Assembly (NCBI GenBank): GCA_020350565.1 | Contig: CP070718.1 | Coordinates: 2,683,061 to 2,733,471 of the forward strand | Length of the DNA: 50,411 nt | DNA from: Phycisphaerales bacterium | GTDB taxonomy: Bacteria; Planctomycetota; Phycisphaerae; UBA1845 | Reading direction: 5' to 3' | Part shown: positions 8,305 to 17,294 of the stretch, piece by piece | Position numbering within the stretch: position 1 is the stretch's first letter | How the letters are laid out: each line of letters opens with the position of its first letter | Notes under the pieces: model-generated | Databases searched by the model: none | What the model saw: the letters and a program-made list of their open reading frames with translations, nothing else | Told to the model about the DNA's origin: nothing | Made by a program: the position numbers and the translations under genes

Positions 8305-10164
8305 CTACCGCAGTTCCAAGACGGCGCCATCTTTGGACCTGAACAATACCGTTGCATGCTGGGGGTCGCGGAGCAACTCGTTAAGTGCGCTTGGATAAGC
8401 AATGCCCCACTTTATGTTCGCCACGAGCACATGGGTGATTCCCCTGTCCTCGAGTCGCCGCTGAACGTCAGCCTTGCTTGTCGCGTCCCTCAGCCAGTCG
8501 GCGATCTGCGAGGCCTCGAAGAAACTGTCCGCAATGTAGTCTCTTTCCAGGAAGAAACCTTGGTTGGTGTTGAGACAGAGAAGCCGGGCGTTATTCGGCA
8601 GCCTGTGGTTGACAAAGGCGTCGACCGGCGCCACCGGCATTTGTTTCAGCCTTTTGCTCGGGTACCGGTAAAGTTGCAATGCCTCGAGCCCGGCGCGGAA
8701 GTGCTCGACATTCTCCCACGCCAGTGTGCCTACTGCCGCAACCAGGCAGAGCCAGCAGGCAAGTATGCGTATTTTGCTGGCCCTTATCCGACTCAGCAAC
8801 TCAACTACACTCAGCGCCGAAGCGATGGAAAGAAGCGGCAGGATGGGCACCAGGAACCGCATCTGCTGTGAAGAAAGGCCCCAGAAGATGAAGTAGAGCG
8901 CGGCTACGCCAAGGCAGCGTCGCACAACCTGGTTCCGCACGGCGCACAGGAGCGACAAGGGGATCATGACGATCCAGAAGACGTTGACTTTTCCCCAGAA
9001 GTGAGCGTAGTCCCAGTCCCCTTGGAGGATAACGCGCACGGGCAACAGCAAGTAGTCCAATGGGGATCGGCCCATGCCGATCGAGCGCTGCCATGTGGAG
9101 AACTGGTCAGCGAGGTTGGAGCTCCAGTCTGGACCGCCCCACCACTCGTAGAAGAAGGGGTAGACCGGGTTGCCCGTGTACCAGGCAGCCTTGATGAGCC
9201 AAGGGCACCAGAGCACGACCACCGGGAGGGCAAACCGAAAGAGCAGAAGCCGAAGCTCTGCCCAGAGCGCACCTCGGCGCTGAATCGCAATGTTCACGAA
9301 GTAGAGCGTGGCGATTACGGCCGCGCCTACGAAGCCGGTAGCCTTGATACCTGCGAGGATGCCGCAACAGACGCCCGAAAGGAGAAGTGCGGTCTTGCGG
9401 TCCGCGCTATCGTCGAGCGCCCAAAGCATCAGGAGAAAACCAGTCAGGAAGAAGAACGCATAGGCCAGCTCTACCAGCGCGAAGGTGAGCTCGAAGGCCA
9501 CGATGCTGTTGGCGAGAAACAGAAACATGGCCAGCCATCCACTCGTGTTGCGATGAAGCATACGACAGCCCGCGTAAATGGCGTAGAGCGTCAGCAGGCC
9601 AAAGCCGAAATGTATGAGCTTCGCCAGGATGTAATCGTGCACGAGCATCGCCATTGCGAAAAGGAGCTCTATGTTGAGCGGCCAGTTTGAGTACACGTTC
9701 ATCGGCACGTAGCGAAACCCTTCATTCGCCATGAAGAGCTTCGGGAGTGTGAGGTGATAAGCACTGGAGTCCCAGTAAATGTGCGGGCTGATAGCAAGGA
9801 GGAAGAAGGGCGCCAGCATGATGCAGAGGACGGCGACGAGGAGAACTTCAGAAGGCCCGTAGACAAAACGCGCTTCCGAGTTGCTGTGTCGAATGCCGAA
9901 GCGGAAGCCCACCCACAGCCCCAACAGCGCCAGCAGGCCGATCGCAGACCACACAACTGCAGGACGCAATTGCTGGAAGGAGGCGAGCAACAGAAGCAAT
10001 GCCATCCAAAACCCGAGGCCCAGGCACACGCGGACCAGTGTGCGAAGCCCTTTCAGGTCCGATCCTCGTAGCGCGATCCTCTCGATGACGAAGCCCGGCA
10101 ACCAGAGGGCCAAGCCAAGAAGGCAGAATGACAAGCCGTACTGCAGCAGATAGAACAGGGGCAT
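8305..10164 (-). CDS. GT-C fold (ArnT/PMT_2-like) polytopic membrane glycosyltransferase with a C-terminal soluble domain
   Basis: About 13 hydrophobic helices and an HIYWDSSAYHLTLPKLF loop. ATG 10164 is preceded by GGAAGGCGAGGAA. The track ORF start at 10314 adds an implausible N-terminus. Confidence 0.8.
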   Translation of the reverse strand: MPLFYLLQYGLSFCLLGLALWLPGFVIERIALRGSDLKGLRTLVRVCLGLGFWMALLLLLASFQQLRPAVVWSAIGLLALLGLWVGFRFGIRHSNSEARFVYGPSEVLLVAVLCIMLAPFFLLAISPHIYWDSSAYHLTLPKLFMANEGFRYVPMNVYSNWPLNIELLFAMAMLVHDYILAKLIHFGFGLLTLYAIYAGCRMLHRNTSGWLAMFLFLANSIVAFELTFALVELAYAFFFLTGFLLMLWALDDSADRKTALLLSGVCCGILAGIKATGFVGAAVIATLYFVNIAIQRRGALWAELRLLLFRFALPVVVLWCPWLIKAAWYTGNPVYPFFYEWWGGPDWSSNLADQFSTWQRSIGMGRSPLDYLLLPVRVILQGDWDYAHFWGKVNVFWIVMIPLSLLCAVRNQVVRRCLGVAALYFIFWGLSSQQMRFLVPILPLLSIASALSVVELLSRIRASKIRILACWLCLVAAVGTLAWENVEHFRAGLEALQLYRYPSKRLKQMPVAPVDAFVNHRLPNNARLLCLNTNQGFFLERDYIADSFFEASQIADWLRDATSKADVQRRLEDRGITHVLVANIKWGIAYPSALNELLRDPQHATVLFRSKDGAVLELR

Positions 10165-10343
10165 TTCCTCGCCTTCCACCCGCAGGAAGATCACTACCGC
10201 ATTATCGTGGGTCGGAGAGGTTCTACAACGCCTCGAGGACGGCCATGCCGTTTCCGCGCCGGTGAGAGCAACGTGCGTATGGGAGGCAGATGGCCACGTT
10301 CCGGTTCGGGTCAATTCCAGCCCATGCGCAGACCGCGGGTGCT

Positions 10344-12164
10344 CTAAAAGCCCTTCAACCGGTTGGTGAGCGACACAACGACCTCGTCTGCGGCGGGTGT
10401 GTCTTCGCGGGCATCCTGACCGGCGCGGACGCGAATGCGGCGCTGCGGGAAGGTCAAGTCGGCCCAGGCCTGGACCGAGTACTCTGCCAGGATGGCGGCT
10501 CCCTGGATGTGTGGGCGATCCTCGCGAGGTTCGGCCCAGGTGGGGATCGGCGGCGCCTCCACGATGGATCCTTTCTCAGCACGGGCGATCCTCGTGCCGA
10601 GCTGGTCCAGGAACGTCCGGCTCGCCGCCGTGGCCCGACCCCAGTCATCGTATTCGCAAACCAAGGGCGAGTAACGCGCCTGCCAGAGGATCAGTGCCAA
10701 CAAGAGAAGCAGCGTAGGGACCGCTGCCATGCGAACCGGCAGCCGCCCCCGTAGCACTGCGGCGAGCAGTGCGTCGGCCAATACGCCGACGAGCACCGCA
10801 AAGCCCGCGGCGGGCAACAGCACGTACCAGGGTCGGACCTTACCCGTCACCGCGTAGGTCAATCCCAGCAGCAACAGCCATACTACCGCAATGACCGAGG
10901 TTCGTAGCAGGCGCCGGTCGGCCATTCGTTCCGCCGGCTTTTGTCGAGTGGACCGCAGCAGGAATATGGCCGTGAGGACCAGGCCGACTCCCAGCCCTAT
11001 CAGCATCCAATTTCCCGTGTTCGTCCTCAGCATCTCCGGCTGCGGGAAGAGAAGCAGTGCAAGCATACTCAGGACGAATGCGGGAAACCTGCTGAAGGCC
11101 TCGGAGATCTGTGTCGATTCGTGCCCACCTAACCCTCCAAGAATTGTGATCCGCGTGACCAGCATCGCCAGCACCGCAATGCAGTGGGGAATCATGGCGA
11201 TTGCTGCGTGCAGCACTCGCCTGCCGGACGTCGGCCGGGGGGAATAGAGCAGCACCGCGGCAAAGGAAAGGACCGGAAGGAGGAATGCCGTCTCCTTGGA
11301 GGCGATGGCGAGCAGAGCCATCACGGCCGGCGTGATCGGCGGTCTTCGTGTGCCCAGCGACTTGGGCGACAACTGGATTGCGAGGGAGAGGGCCATGAAC
11401 ATACAGCACAACATTTCCGGGCGCCGGGCGGGAACCGGCAGGACCTCGTAATGCGTGGGATGGAGCAGGAATACCACCAGGGCTGCGAGCGGCGCCACGG
11501 TGCAGCCCGCGCCGGCTGCGCGCCGGACGAAGAAGAACAGCGACGCGGCGCAGCCTGCGAATAGCAGGACGTTGGTCAGTTGGTATCCGAACGGGCGGAG
11601 CCCCCACAGTGCGTAGTCGAATGCAAAGGACATGTTCACCAGGGGGCGATGGAAGTCACTTTCGTAGCGCCCGTCCATCAACTCCTCGCTGAAGTTACCA
11701 AGGAAATCGCCGAACGACTGCACCCGGCTGGAGATGATGATCGGATAGCTATCCCACCCCATCAATCCGTAGTCACTTGTTTTGAGGAGAAGCACGTTAG
11801 AGGTGATTACGATTAAGGCGGCCGCCGTCACAGCAACCTTGGAGAACTTTCTCGGGGTGGCCGGCGCCGGAGGGCTTTCACGGCGCCGGCGTTTGGGCGG
11901 TGAAGATGTCTTGTTGGTTCGCCGTCGTGACACTGATCCCAGCTCTTGTAGTCCAGCGACTCCGGTTCGGGTGATGAGGCCGCTGCCTCGTCGGCTGTGG
12001 GAGGCGCGGAGCGCGCCTTCATGCCGACGGCCTGCGAGACGTAGGCCGCCAAACGATGTCTGCCGCGGAGTGCCACGGTATTTCCGCGGCGCTGACGGCG
12101 AGCAGCCCTCGGCGCCCGTCGCGCCCAGGAGGCCGGCACTAGGGCGAGTCCGTTTGGCCCCCAC
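10344..12164 (-). CDS. GT-C fold membrane glycosyltransferase (TMTC/PMT_2/DUF1736-like)
   Basis: GWDSYPII...FHRPLVNMSFAFDYALWGLRPFGYQLTNVLLFAG motif followed by about 10 helices. The start is unresolved. GTG 12164 gives a ~110 aa Arg/Pro/Ser-rich leader overlapping the upstream gene. GTG 11831, with AAGG 6 nt upstream, would start at the first helix. Confidence 0.7.
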   Translation of the reverse strand: MGAKRTRPSAGLLGATGAEGCSPSAPRKYRGTPRQTSFGGLRLAGRRHEGALRASHSRRGSGLITRTGVAGLQELGSVSRRRTNKTSSPPKRRRRESPPAPATPRKFSKVAVTAAALIVITSNVLLLKTSDYGLMGWDSYPIIISSRVQSFGDFLGNFSEELMDGRYESDFHRPLVNMSFAFDYALWGLRPFGYQLTNVLLFAGCAASLFFFVRRAAGAGCTVAPLAALVVFLLHPTHYEVLPVPARRPEMLCCMFMALSLAIQLSPKSLGTRRPPITPAVMALLAIASKETAFLLPVLSFAAVLLYSPRPTSGRRVLHAAIAMIPHCIAVLAMLVTRITILGGLGGHESTQISEAFSRFPAFVLSMLALLLFPQPEMLRTNTGNWMLIGLGVGLVLTAIFLLRSTRQKPAERMADRRLLRTSVIAVVWLLLLGLTYAVTGKVRPWYVLLPAAGFAVLVGVLADALLAAVLRGRLPVRMAAVPTLLLLLALILWQARYSPLVCEYDDWGRATAASRTFLDQLGTRIARAEKGSIVEAPPIPTWAEPREDRPHIQGAAILAEYSVQAWADLTFPQRRIRVRAGQDAREDTPAADEVVVSLTNRLKGF

Positions 12165-13629
12165 CCTGTCCGCTCGCCCCTATATAGCCGAGGCTTTCGA
12201 GCTGCCTGCGAACGTTCTCCGGTAATTCCCCCGAAGCGACCGAAACGGGCTTCACGATTTTTTGAAAGTCCGCCAGCCACTTGTTGCCCAAGCGCGCGTC
12301 TTCAATCATCAACTTTCCCCACGGGCTGTTTGCCGTCAGCGGCACCTGCTCGCCCGGATCCGCAAGCAGGTTGTAACCCCTCGCGCGCTGCGTCCCTGCA
12401 ATATAAATCACCTTGCGATCGAGGCGGCGGAACGAGCGCAACCGGCGACCCTCGGAAAACAGCTCGCTGATCGCCAGCGTGTCGCCTGCGAGCTTCCCGC
12501 CCGAAAAGAGCGGAGTGAGACTGTGGCCCATCACATCGTTTGTGGATGGCAGCCCGGCTAGGTCGAGGAGCGTTGGCAAGACGTCAATCATCCGTGCCTG
12601 TTCGGCGAGGCGCCGCCCGGGGGGGACTTGCCCCGGATACCGGATGATGAGCGGGACGCGGATAACCTCGTCATAGAGCGTCTTGCGGTGGCCCTTCAGT
12701 CCGTGCTCGAAGTGCTCGTCGCCGTGGTCCGAGAGCAGCGTCACGATCGTGGACTGCCGCAGACCCAACGTGTCCAGGTCGTCCAGGATCATGCCTACGT
12801 GATGATCGGTCCAGGCGATCTCGCCGTCATACAGGGCGATAAGGTGTCGAAGATCGCGCTCAGGCATGTCTGCGTTGATGGATGAATCCGTAGCGAAGTC
12901 CTTTCCGGTCACCGGGCCTTCGTAGTCGGGATCGAACATCCGGTCGTAAGGCGGCGGTGGAATATAGTCAGCATGGACATCCCACATATGGATAAAAAGG
13001 AAGAAGGGCCGGTGCTGGTTTTGCCTGAGCCACGATTGCACCTCCTGGTAGACGCGGGGGTTGGTGATGTCGGCGTGGGCGGCTTGCCGGATTTCACCAC
13101 CGTCGAGGCTCCTGCCAGACGCCAGGGTTTTCATGGTCATCGAGGCGAAGGACGTGCAATCGGCGTATTGGTCGAAGCCCTGAGCGATTCCGAAGATGGA
13201 GTGCATGGCTGGGCCCGAGAAGAATCCGACGGTGGCGTACCCGACGGCTTTGAGCCGCTCGGCGAGCGTCACACGGCTCTCATCCAGCCGCTGATCCATA
13301 TCGAGGCAGCCGTGCACGGAGTCGGCCAGGCCGGTGAACAGCGCCGCGTGAGCCGGGAGCGTCCAGGACGTGCTGCTGATCATGTTCTCGAACAAGGCGC
13401 CTTCCGCCGCAAGGCGGTCGATCCGCGGGCTGGTTTTCCGTTCATATCCGTAACAGCCGAGGTGGTCGGCGCGGAGGGTATCTATGGAGATCAGGACGAT
13501 GTTGGGCAGGGATCCACCTGCGCGGGCACCCCCTTTGGCGCGGGCCTGGTCATCCTTGTCGGTGCAGCCTGTGAGAGCCAGGGATGCCGCGAGTGCGAGC
13601 GCGGCCCAGCCCGGAAGCCGTCCGCTCAT
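12139..13629 (-). CDS. Sulfatase-family lipoprotein (alkaline-phosphatase superfamily, Thr in place of FGly residue)
   Basis: MSGRLPGWAALALAASLALTGC lipobox. NIVLISIDTLRADHLGCYGY, SSTSWTLPAHAALFTG and LLSDHGDEHFEHG. ATG 13629 is preceded by GAGGAA. The track ORF to 13914 is an over-extension. Confidence 0.85.
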   Translation of the reverse strand: MSGRLPGWAALALAASLALTGCTDKDDQARAKGGARAGGSLPNIVLISIDTLRADHLGCYGYERKTSPRIDRLAAEGALFENMISSTSWTLPAHAALFTGLADSVHGCLDMDQRLDESRVTLAERLKAVGYATVGFFSGPAMHSIFGIAQGFDQYADCTSFASMTMKTLASGRSLDGGEIRQAAHADITNPRVYQEVQSWLRQNQHRPFFLFIHMWDVHADYIPPPPYDRMFDPDYEGPVTGKDFATDSSINADMPERDLRHLIALYDGEIAWTDHHVGMILDDLDTLGLRQSTIVTLLSDHGDEHFEHGLKGHRKTLYDEVIRVPLIIRYPGQVPPGRRLAEQARMIDVLPTLLDLAGLPSTNDVMGHSLTPLFSGGKLAGDTLAISELFSEGRRLRSFRRLDRKVIYIAGTQRARGYNLLADPGEQVPLTANSPWGKLMIEDARLGNKWLADFQKIVKPVSVASGELPENVRRQLESLGYIGASGQGGGQTDSP

Positions 13630-14312
13630 AGGGGATTCCTCAGCTTGTTTCAGATCGGCGAGCCGGTACACGGAACTACGTATCTTAGCCCTGTCATGCG
13701 TGGCGGGCAATGACGAACGCAGAGGGTGGGCGTGGGGGCAGATATTCTCCGGTAATTGCGGAGCATGGCACGCACGAGGCGAAGCACAATCGGGTGCCAT
13801 TTCGACGTATGTTGGCCTGCCGCCAACGATGGTGCCTCTTGTTGTCGCAGTCTGAGGGCTTGTGAACCTGCCCCCCGTTCCATGCCCGTTGCAGGTTTGG
13901 CTTTTCCGGTTCACGGGTCCCGGTGGTCTGGCGCTGAACGGCTTGCTCGCCGGAGGCCAATTCGCCCATCGCGCTGGGTGGTTATGACTTGTTGCGATCC
14001 TGTTTCCGGGCCTTGAGGAAAGGAGATGCCGGGAGCAGGGTGGCCGGAAGCGCGGCGATCGGCGCGAATCGTCGATCAGGTTCGGTCATGTGGAGCGGCG
14101 CGTGGTTTGATTCGTTTGTCCTTCCGGGCTGCAACAGCATCGCGGTTCGGTGATTCAAAACCGGGTAGAATACAGGAGTGGAAACCTGCTTGAGCAAACC
14201 TCGGGGAAAAGGCGGGCTTTGCGCCTGGAGCAGGCGGCATTAGAGCCCGCTCGCTGCTTGACAATCGCCCCGTTAGTCGCGACCTTGCGTAGCTGAAGGA
14301 GGATGATGCTCC

Positions 14313-15296
14313 ATGCGTGTTTTGTCCGGCATCCAACCGACGGGGAAGCTGCATCTGGGCAACTACCTGGGGGCGATGAAACAGCACATCGAGGCCCAGG
14401 AGGAGAACGAGTGCCTGTTCTTCATCGCCAATTACCATTCGCTCACCTCGATCCAAGAGCCGGAGAGGCTCCGCGAACTCACCCGAGACGTGGCGATCGA
14501 CTACCTGGCGTTCGGGCTCGATCCGAACAAGGCCAGCCTGTTCCGTCAGAGCGACATCCCCGAGGTGACGGAGCTGACGTGGATCCTTTCCACGGTGACG
14601 GGGCGCGGGCTGCTCGAGCGGGCGCATTCGTACAAGGACAAGGTGGCCAGGGGGCTGCCGGCTTCCATGGGTCTGTTCTGCTATCCGGTGCTGATGGCCG
14701 CCGACATCCTGATCTACCGCAGCGACGTCGTTCCGGTCGGGAAGGATCAGGTCCAGCACATCGAGATGGCCCAGGATATGGCCGGCTATTTCAACAACAC
14801 ATTCAACTGCAACGCGCTGAAGCGCCCCGAGCCGAGGCTGAACCGGGCTATGGTTGTTCCGGGGGTCGACGGGCAGAAGATGTCGAAGAGTTACGGCAAT
14901 ACCATTCCGCTGTTCGAGGCGGCGAAGGCAACGCGCAAGATCATCATGAGCATCAAGACCGACAGCAAGACGGTGCAGGAGCCCAAGGACCCGGACAGTT
15001 GCACGGTTTTTGCTCTGTACAGTCTGCTTGCCGATCCGGCAGAGGTGGCGGAGCTGGACCGCCGTTACCGCGCCGGGGGGATGGGTTACGGCGAGGCGAA
15101 GACGATGCTGGCCGACCGCGCGGAGCGTGTGCTTGGTCCTGCTCGAGAGAGACGTGAGCAGCTCGTGAAGGACCCGGATTTTGTGGAGGACGTTCTGCGC
15201 CGTGGGGCGGGCAAGGCCCGTTCCATCGCGCGTGAGGTGATGGCTGGCGTCCGCGAGGCGTGCGGCCTGTTGGTGGCAAAGGACACACACGCTTGA
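14313..15296 (+). CDS. trpS: Tryptophan--tRNA ligase
   Basis: MRVLSGIQPTGKLHLGNYLGA N-terminus, a KMSKS loop, 327 aa. A GAAGGAGG ribosome-binding site lies upstream. Confidence 0.95.
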   Translation: MRVLSGIQPTGKLHLGNYLGAMKQHIEAQEENECLFFIANYHSLTSIQEPERLRELTRDVAIDYLAFGLDPNKASLFRQSDIPEVTELTWILSTVTGRGLLERAHSYKDKVARGLPASMGLFCYPVLMAADILIYRSDVVPVGKDQVQHIEMAQDMAGYFNNTFNCNALKRPEPRLNRAMVVPGVDGQKMSKSYGNTIPLFEAAKATRKIIMSIKTDSKTVQEPKDPDSCTVFALYSLLADPAEVAELDRRYRAGGMGYGEAKTMLADRAERVLGPARERREQLVKDPDFVEDVLRRGAGKARSIAREVMAGVREACGLLVAKDTHA

Positions 15297-16219
15297 GCGA
15301 ATACCGCGTCGAGCTCGAGGTTTACAACGGTCCGCTGGATCTGCTGCTGTTTTTGATCCGCCGGGAAGAGGTAGATATTCACGACATTCCCATCTCCCGG
15401 ATCACGGAGCAGTACCTGGCGTACGTGAACCTGTTGCGTCAACTCGATCCGGAGGCGGTGAGTGAGTTTCTGGTGATGGCGGCCACGCTCACGGAGATCA
15501 AGTCCCGGACGTTGCTTCCCAGGCCTCCCGTCGAGGAGGGGGAGGAGGAAGTCGTTGACCCCCGCCTGGAGCTCGTCCGGCAACTGCTGCTGTACAAGGC
15601 GTTCAAGGATGCGGCCCGATCCCTGGAGCATGCAGCGGGTGAGCAGGCCATGCGGCACCCTCGTTCGCCCGCTTCTCCCGTTGCGGCCGCGGATGAGATG
15701 GAGCTCGAGAATCTGGAGCTTTGGGATCTGTTCGACGCCTTCAATCGTCTGCTGGAGCAGATCGGGCGAGGTGAACCGTACCATGAGGTTGCGGTCGATG
15801 ACACGCCAATGGCACTACATGCTGCAGATATTGTGGACTCGATCGAGCGTTGTGGCGGGTCACAGAGGTTCGAGGAGATCTTCCTGGGCCGGACGCGAGG
15901 AGAGATGATCGGTCTTTTTCTCGCGCTTCTGGAGCTGATGCGGCAAAGGCGAGTGCGCGCCAGTCAGGATGAGCCGTTCGGTCCCATCCTGATCTATCTT
16001 CTTGATGCCACTCCGATGGAGGAAGTGGACGAGGCGCGTGGCGCTGACGCGTTTGCGGAAGCAGGGGATCCTGAGGTGCGTGTCACGGGCGTCGGAGGAT
16101 CGCATGTGTTGGAAGCCGGCTCCATGCCCGAGGCGGAGACAACGGCTGAGTCTTCCGGGGAAGAGGAGAGCGAGGCGAAACAAGATCACGTCGAGGAGAA
16201 CGATCATGAAGGCCAGTGA
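15293..16219 (+). CDS. scpA: Segregation and condensation protein A with an acidic C-terminal tail
   Basis: YRVELEVYNGPLDLLLFLIRREEVDIHDIPISRITEQYLAY. TTG 15293 overlaps the trpS stop (TTGA). GTG 15260 is the alternative start. Confidence 0.85.
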   Translation: MSEYRVELEVYNGPLDLLLFLIRREEVDIHDIPISRITEQYLAYVNLLRQLDPEAVSEFLVMAATLTEIKSRTLLPRPPVEEGEEEVVDPRLELVRQLLLYKAFKDAARSLEHAAGEQAMRHPRSPASPVAAADEMELENLELWDLFDAFNRLLEQIGRGEPYHEVAVDDTPMALHAADIVDSIERCGGSQRFEEIFLGRTRGEMIGLFLALLELMRQRRVRASQDEPFGPILIYLLDATPMEEVDEARGADAFAEAGDPEVRVTGVGGSHVLEAGSMPEAETTAESSGEEESEAKQDHVEENDHEGQ

Positions 16220-16664
16220 ACGGTTGAGGGAACTCGGCGTTACTTTGCCGCCGGTGGCCGCGCCAGTTGGCAGCTACGTGCCGGCGCTGATCAGCGGATC
16301 GAAGGTTTTCACGAGCGGTCAGCTTCCCATGCGGGAAGGGAAGCTGATGGGCACGGGGAAGGTGCCTAGCGATGTTTCGGAGCAAGAGGCCGCGGAAGGC
16401 GCCCGCGTTGCCGTGCTCAATGCGCTGGCGGCGATAGCCGATGTCGCAGGCGGAATCGACAACATCGTTCGGATCGTGCGTCTTTGTGTGTATGTGAACA
16501 GCAGCCCGGGTTTCACGGCTCAGTCGAAGGTTGCGAACGGAGCGAGCGACTTTCTCGTGGAGGTCTTCGGCGGTGCGGGGAAGCACGCGCGTTTGGCCGT
16601 GGGGGTTGCCGAGCTACCGTTGAACGCCTCCGTCGAGCTGGAACTGATAGCGGAGGTGGCCTGA
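16206..16664 (+). CDS. RidA/YjgF/L-PSP family protein
   Basis: MKASERLRELGVTLP...GSKVFTSGQLP...ARLAVGVAELPLNASVELELIAEV. ATG 16206 has GAGGAG 8 nt upstream and overlaps the scpA end. Confidence 0.88.
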   Translation: MKASERLRELGVTLPPVAAPVGSYVPALISGSKVFTSGQLPMREGKLMGTGKVPSDVSEQEAAEGARVAVLNALAAIADVAGGIDNIVRIVRLCVYVNSSPGFTAQSKVANGASDFLVEVFGGAGKHARLAVGVAELPLNASVELELIAEVA

Positions 16665-16789
16665 CGGGGCAAGGGTGCTGATGCGGGCCGGAGGTCAGCG
16701 GCGGGACAATGACCGGCGGTGCTGCTTCTTCTCTTTCTCCCCCCATGCACTGCGCAAGAACTTGTCTCTCCCTTCCACCTTGCGGATCG

Positions 16790-17196
16790 AATGGATTAAT
16801 CTAGCCTATGGACGGAGGGAAGGTGAGCCATCGGGGCAGGCACACCGCCATGGGGAGTGGATATTCAGGACAAACCCCGGCCTGAGGGGAAGCAGCCTCC
16901 AAACTATTGAAAGCAGTGACGTGCAAGCCGGCTTGCGGGGGCATCGAAACCTCGCGAAAGGTTCCCACCAGGCCAGCGCTGAAGGAGTAGCGTGCCAGGG
17001 GGCCCTTATCAATTGGCACGTGACCGTTGGGAAAGGCGCTGGCTTGGGCACCATCAGGTGGGTGCGGTTGTGAGCCGATGAATCTGCACCGGTGTCCGTG
17101 ATTAAGGAGGTCATCAGAGCGACCGATAATAATCTCGTGCATCGGACAGAAGCGCCTGGAGTGGGTCAGCGATACCGACACTGTCGACCGTTTTTC
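16790..17196 (+). other. Unassigned non-coding stretch with dense hairpins; possible structured RNA, identity unknown
   Basis: There is no convincing ORF between 16665 and 17294. Local stems: CCCC-GGCCTGA-GGGG, GCAAG-CCGG-CTTGC, AACCT-CGCGAA-AGGTT, GTGCCA..TGGCAC, GGTGC..GCACC. GGCGCT (17035-40) is complementary to AGCGCC (17151-56). The stretch ends with a short hairpin plus TTTTT at 17176-17195. Confidence 0.25.
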
Positions 17197-17294
17197 CGGC
17201 AGCTTGACCACATGACGAGTCGGTTGTCGGCATGGATAACGAGGCCATCATCCCAGTCGCGCGGCTGGGACAGTGGATAGCCTGCAGTGGGTGA

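Noticed and set aside
14258-14286. TTGACA-N17-GACCTT as the trpS sigma70 promoter
   Set aside because: The -35 is perfect but the -10 is unconvincing, and promoter consensus in this lineage is unknown.
14076-15290. 404 aa minus-strand ORF
   Set aside because: It lies entirely antisense to the unambiguous trpS gene. Its Arg/Leu/His-rich composition is a typical high-GC shadow ORF.
16790-17196. RNase P RNA (rnpB) assignment
   Set aside because: Several RNase P-like strings are present, but the near-universal GGAAAGTCC is absent. The motif order does not follow the P4/S-domain/P4' layout, and I could not build the P1-P3 stems. I am not confident enough to call it.
16801-17211. 136 aa minus-strand ORF in the RidA / ClpP-like gap
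   Set aside because: GC3 is moderately high, but the composition is Pro/Ser/His/Cys-rich with few charged residues. There is no ribosome-binding site before GTG 17211 or the internal ATG, and no recognisable family. It is kept only as an alternative explanation for the gap.
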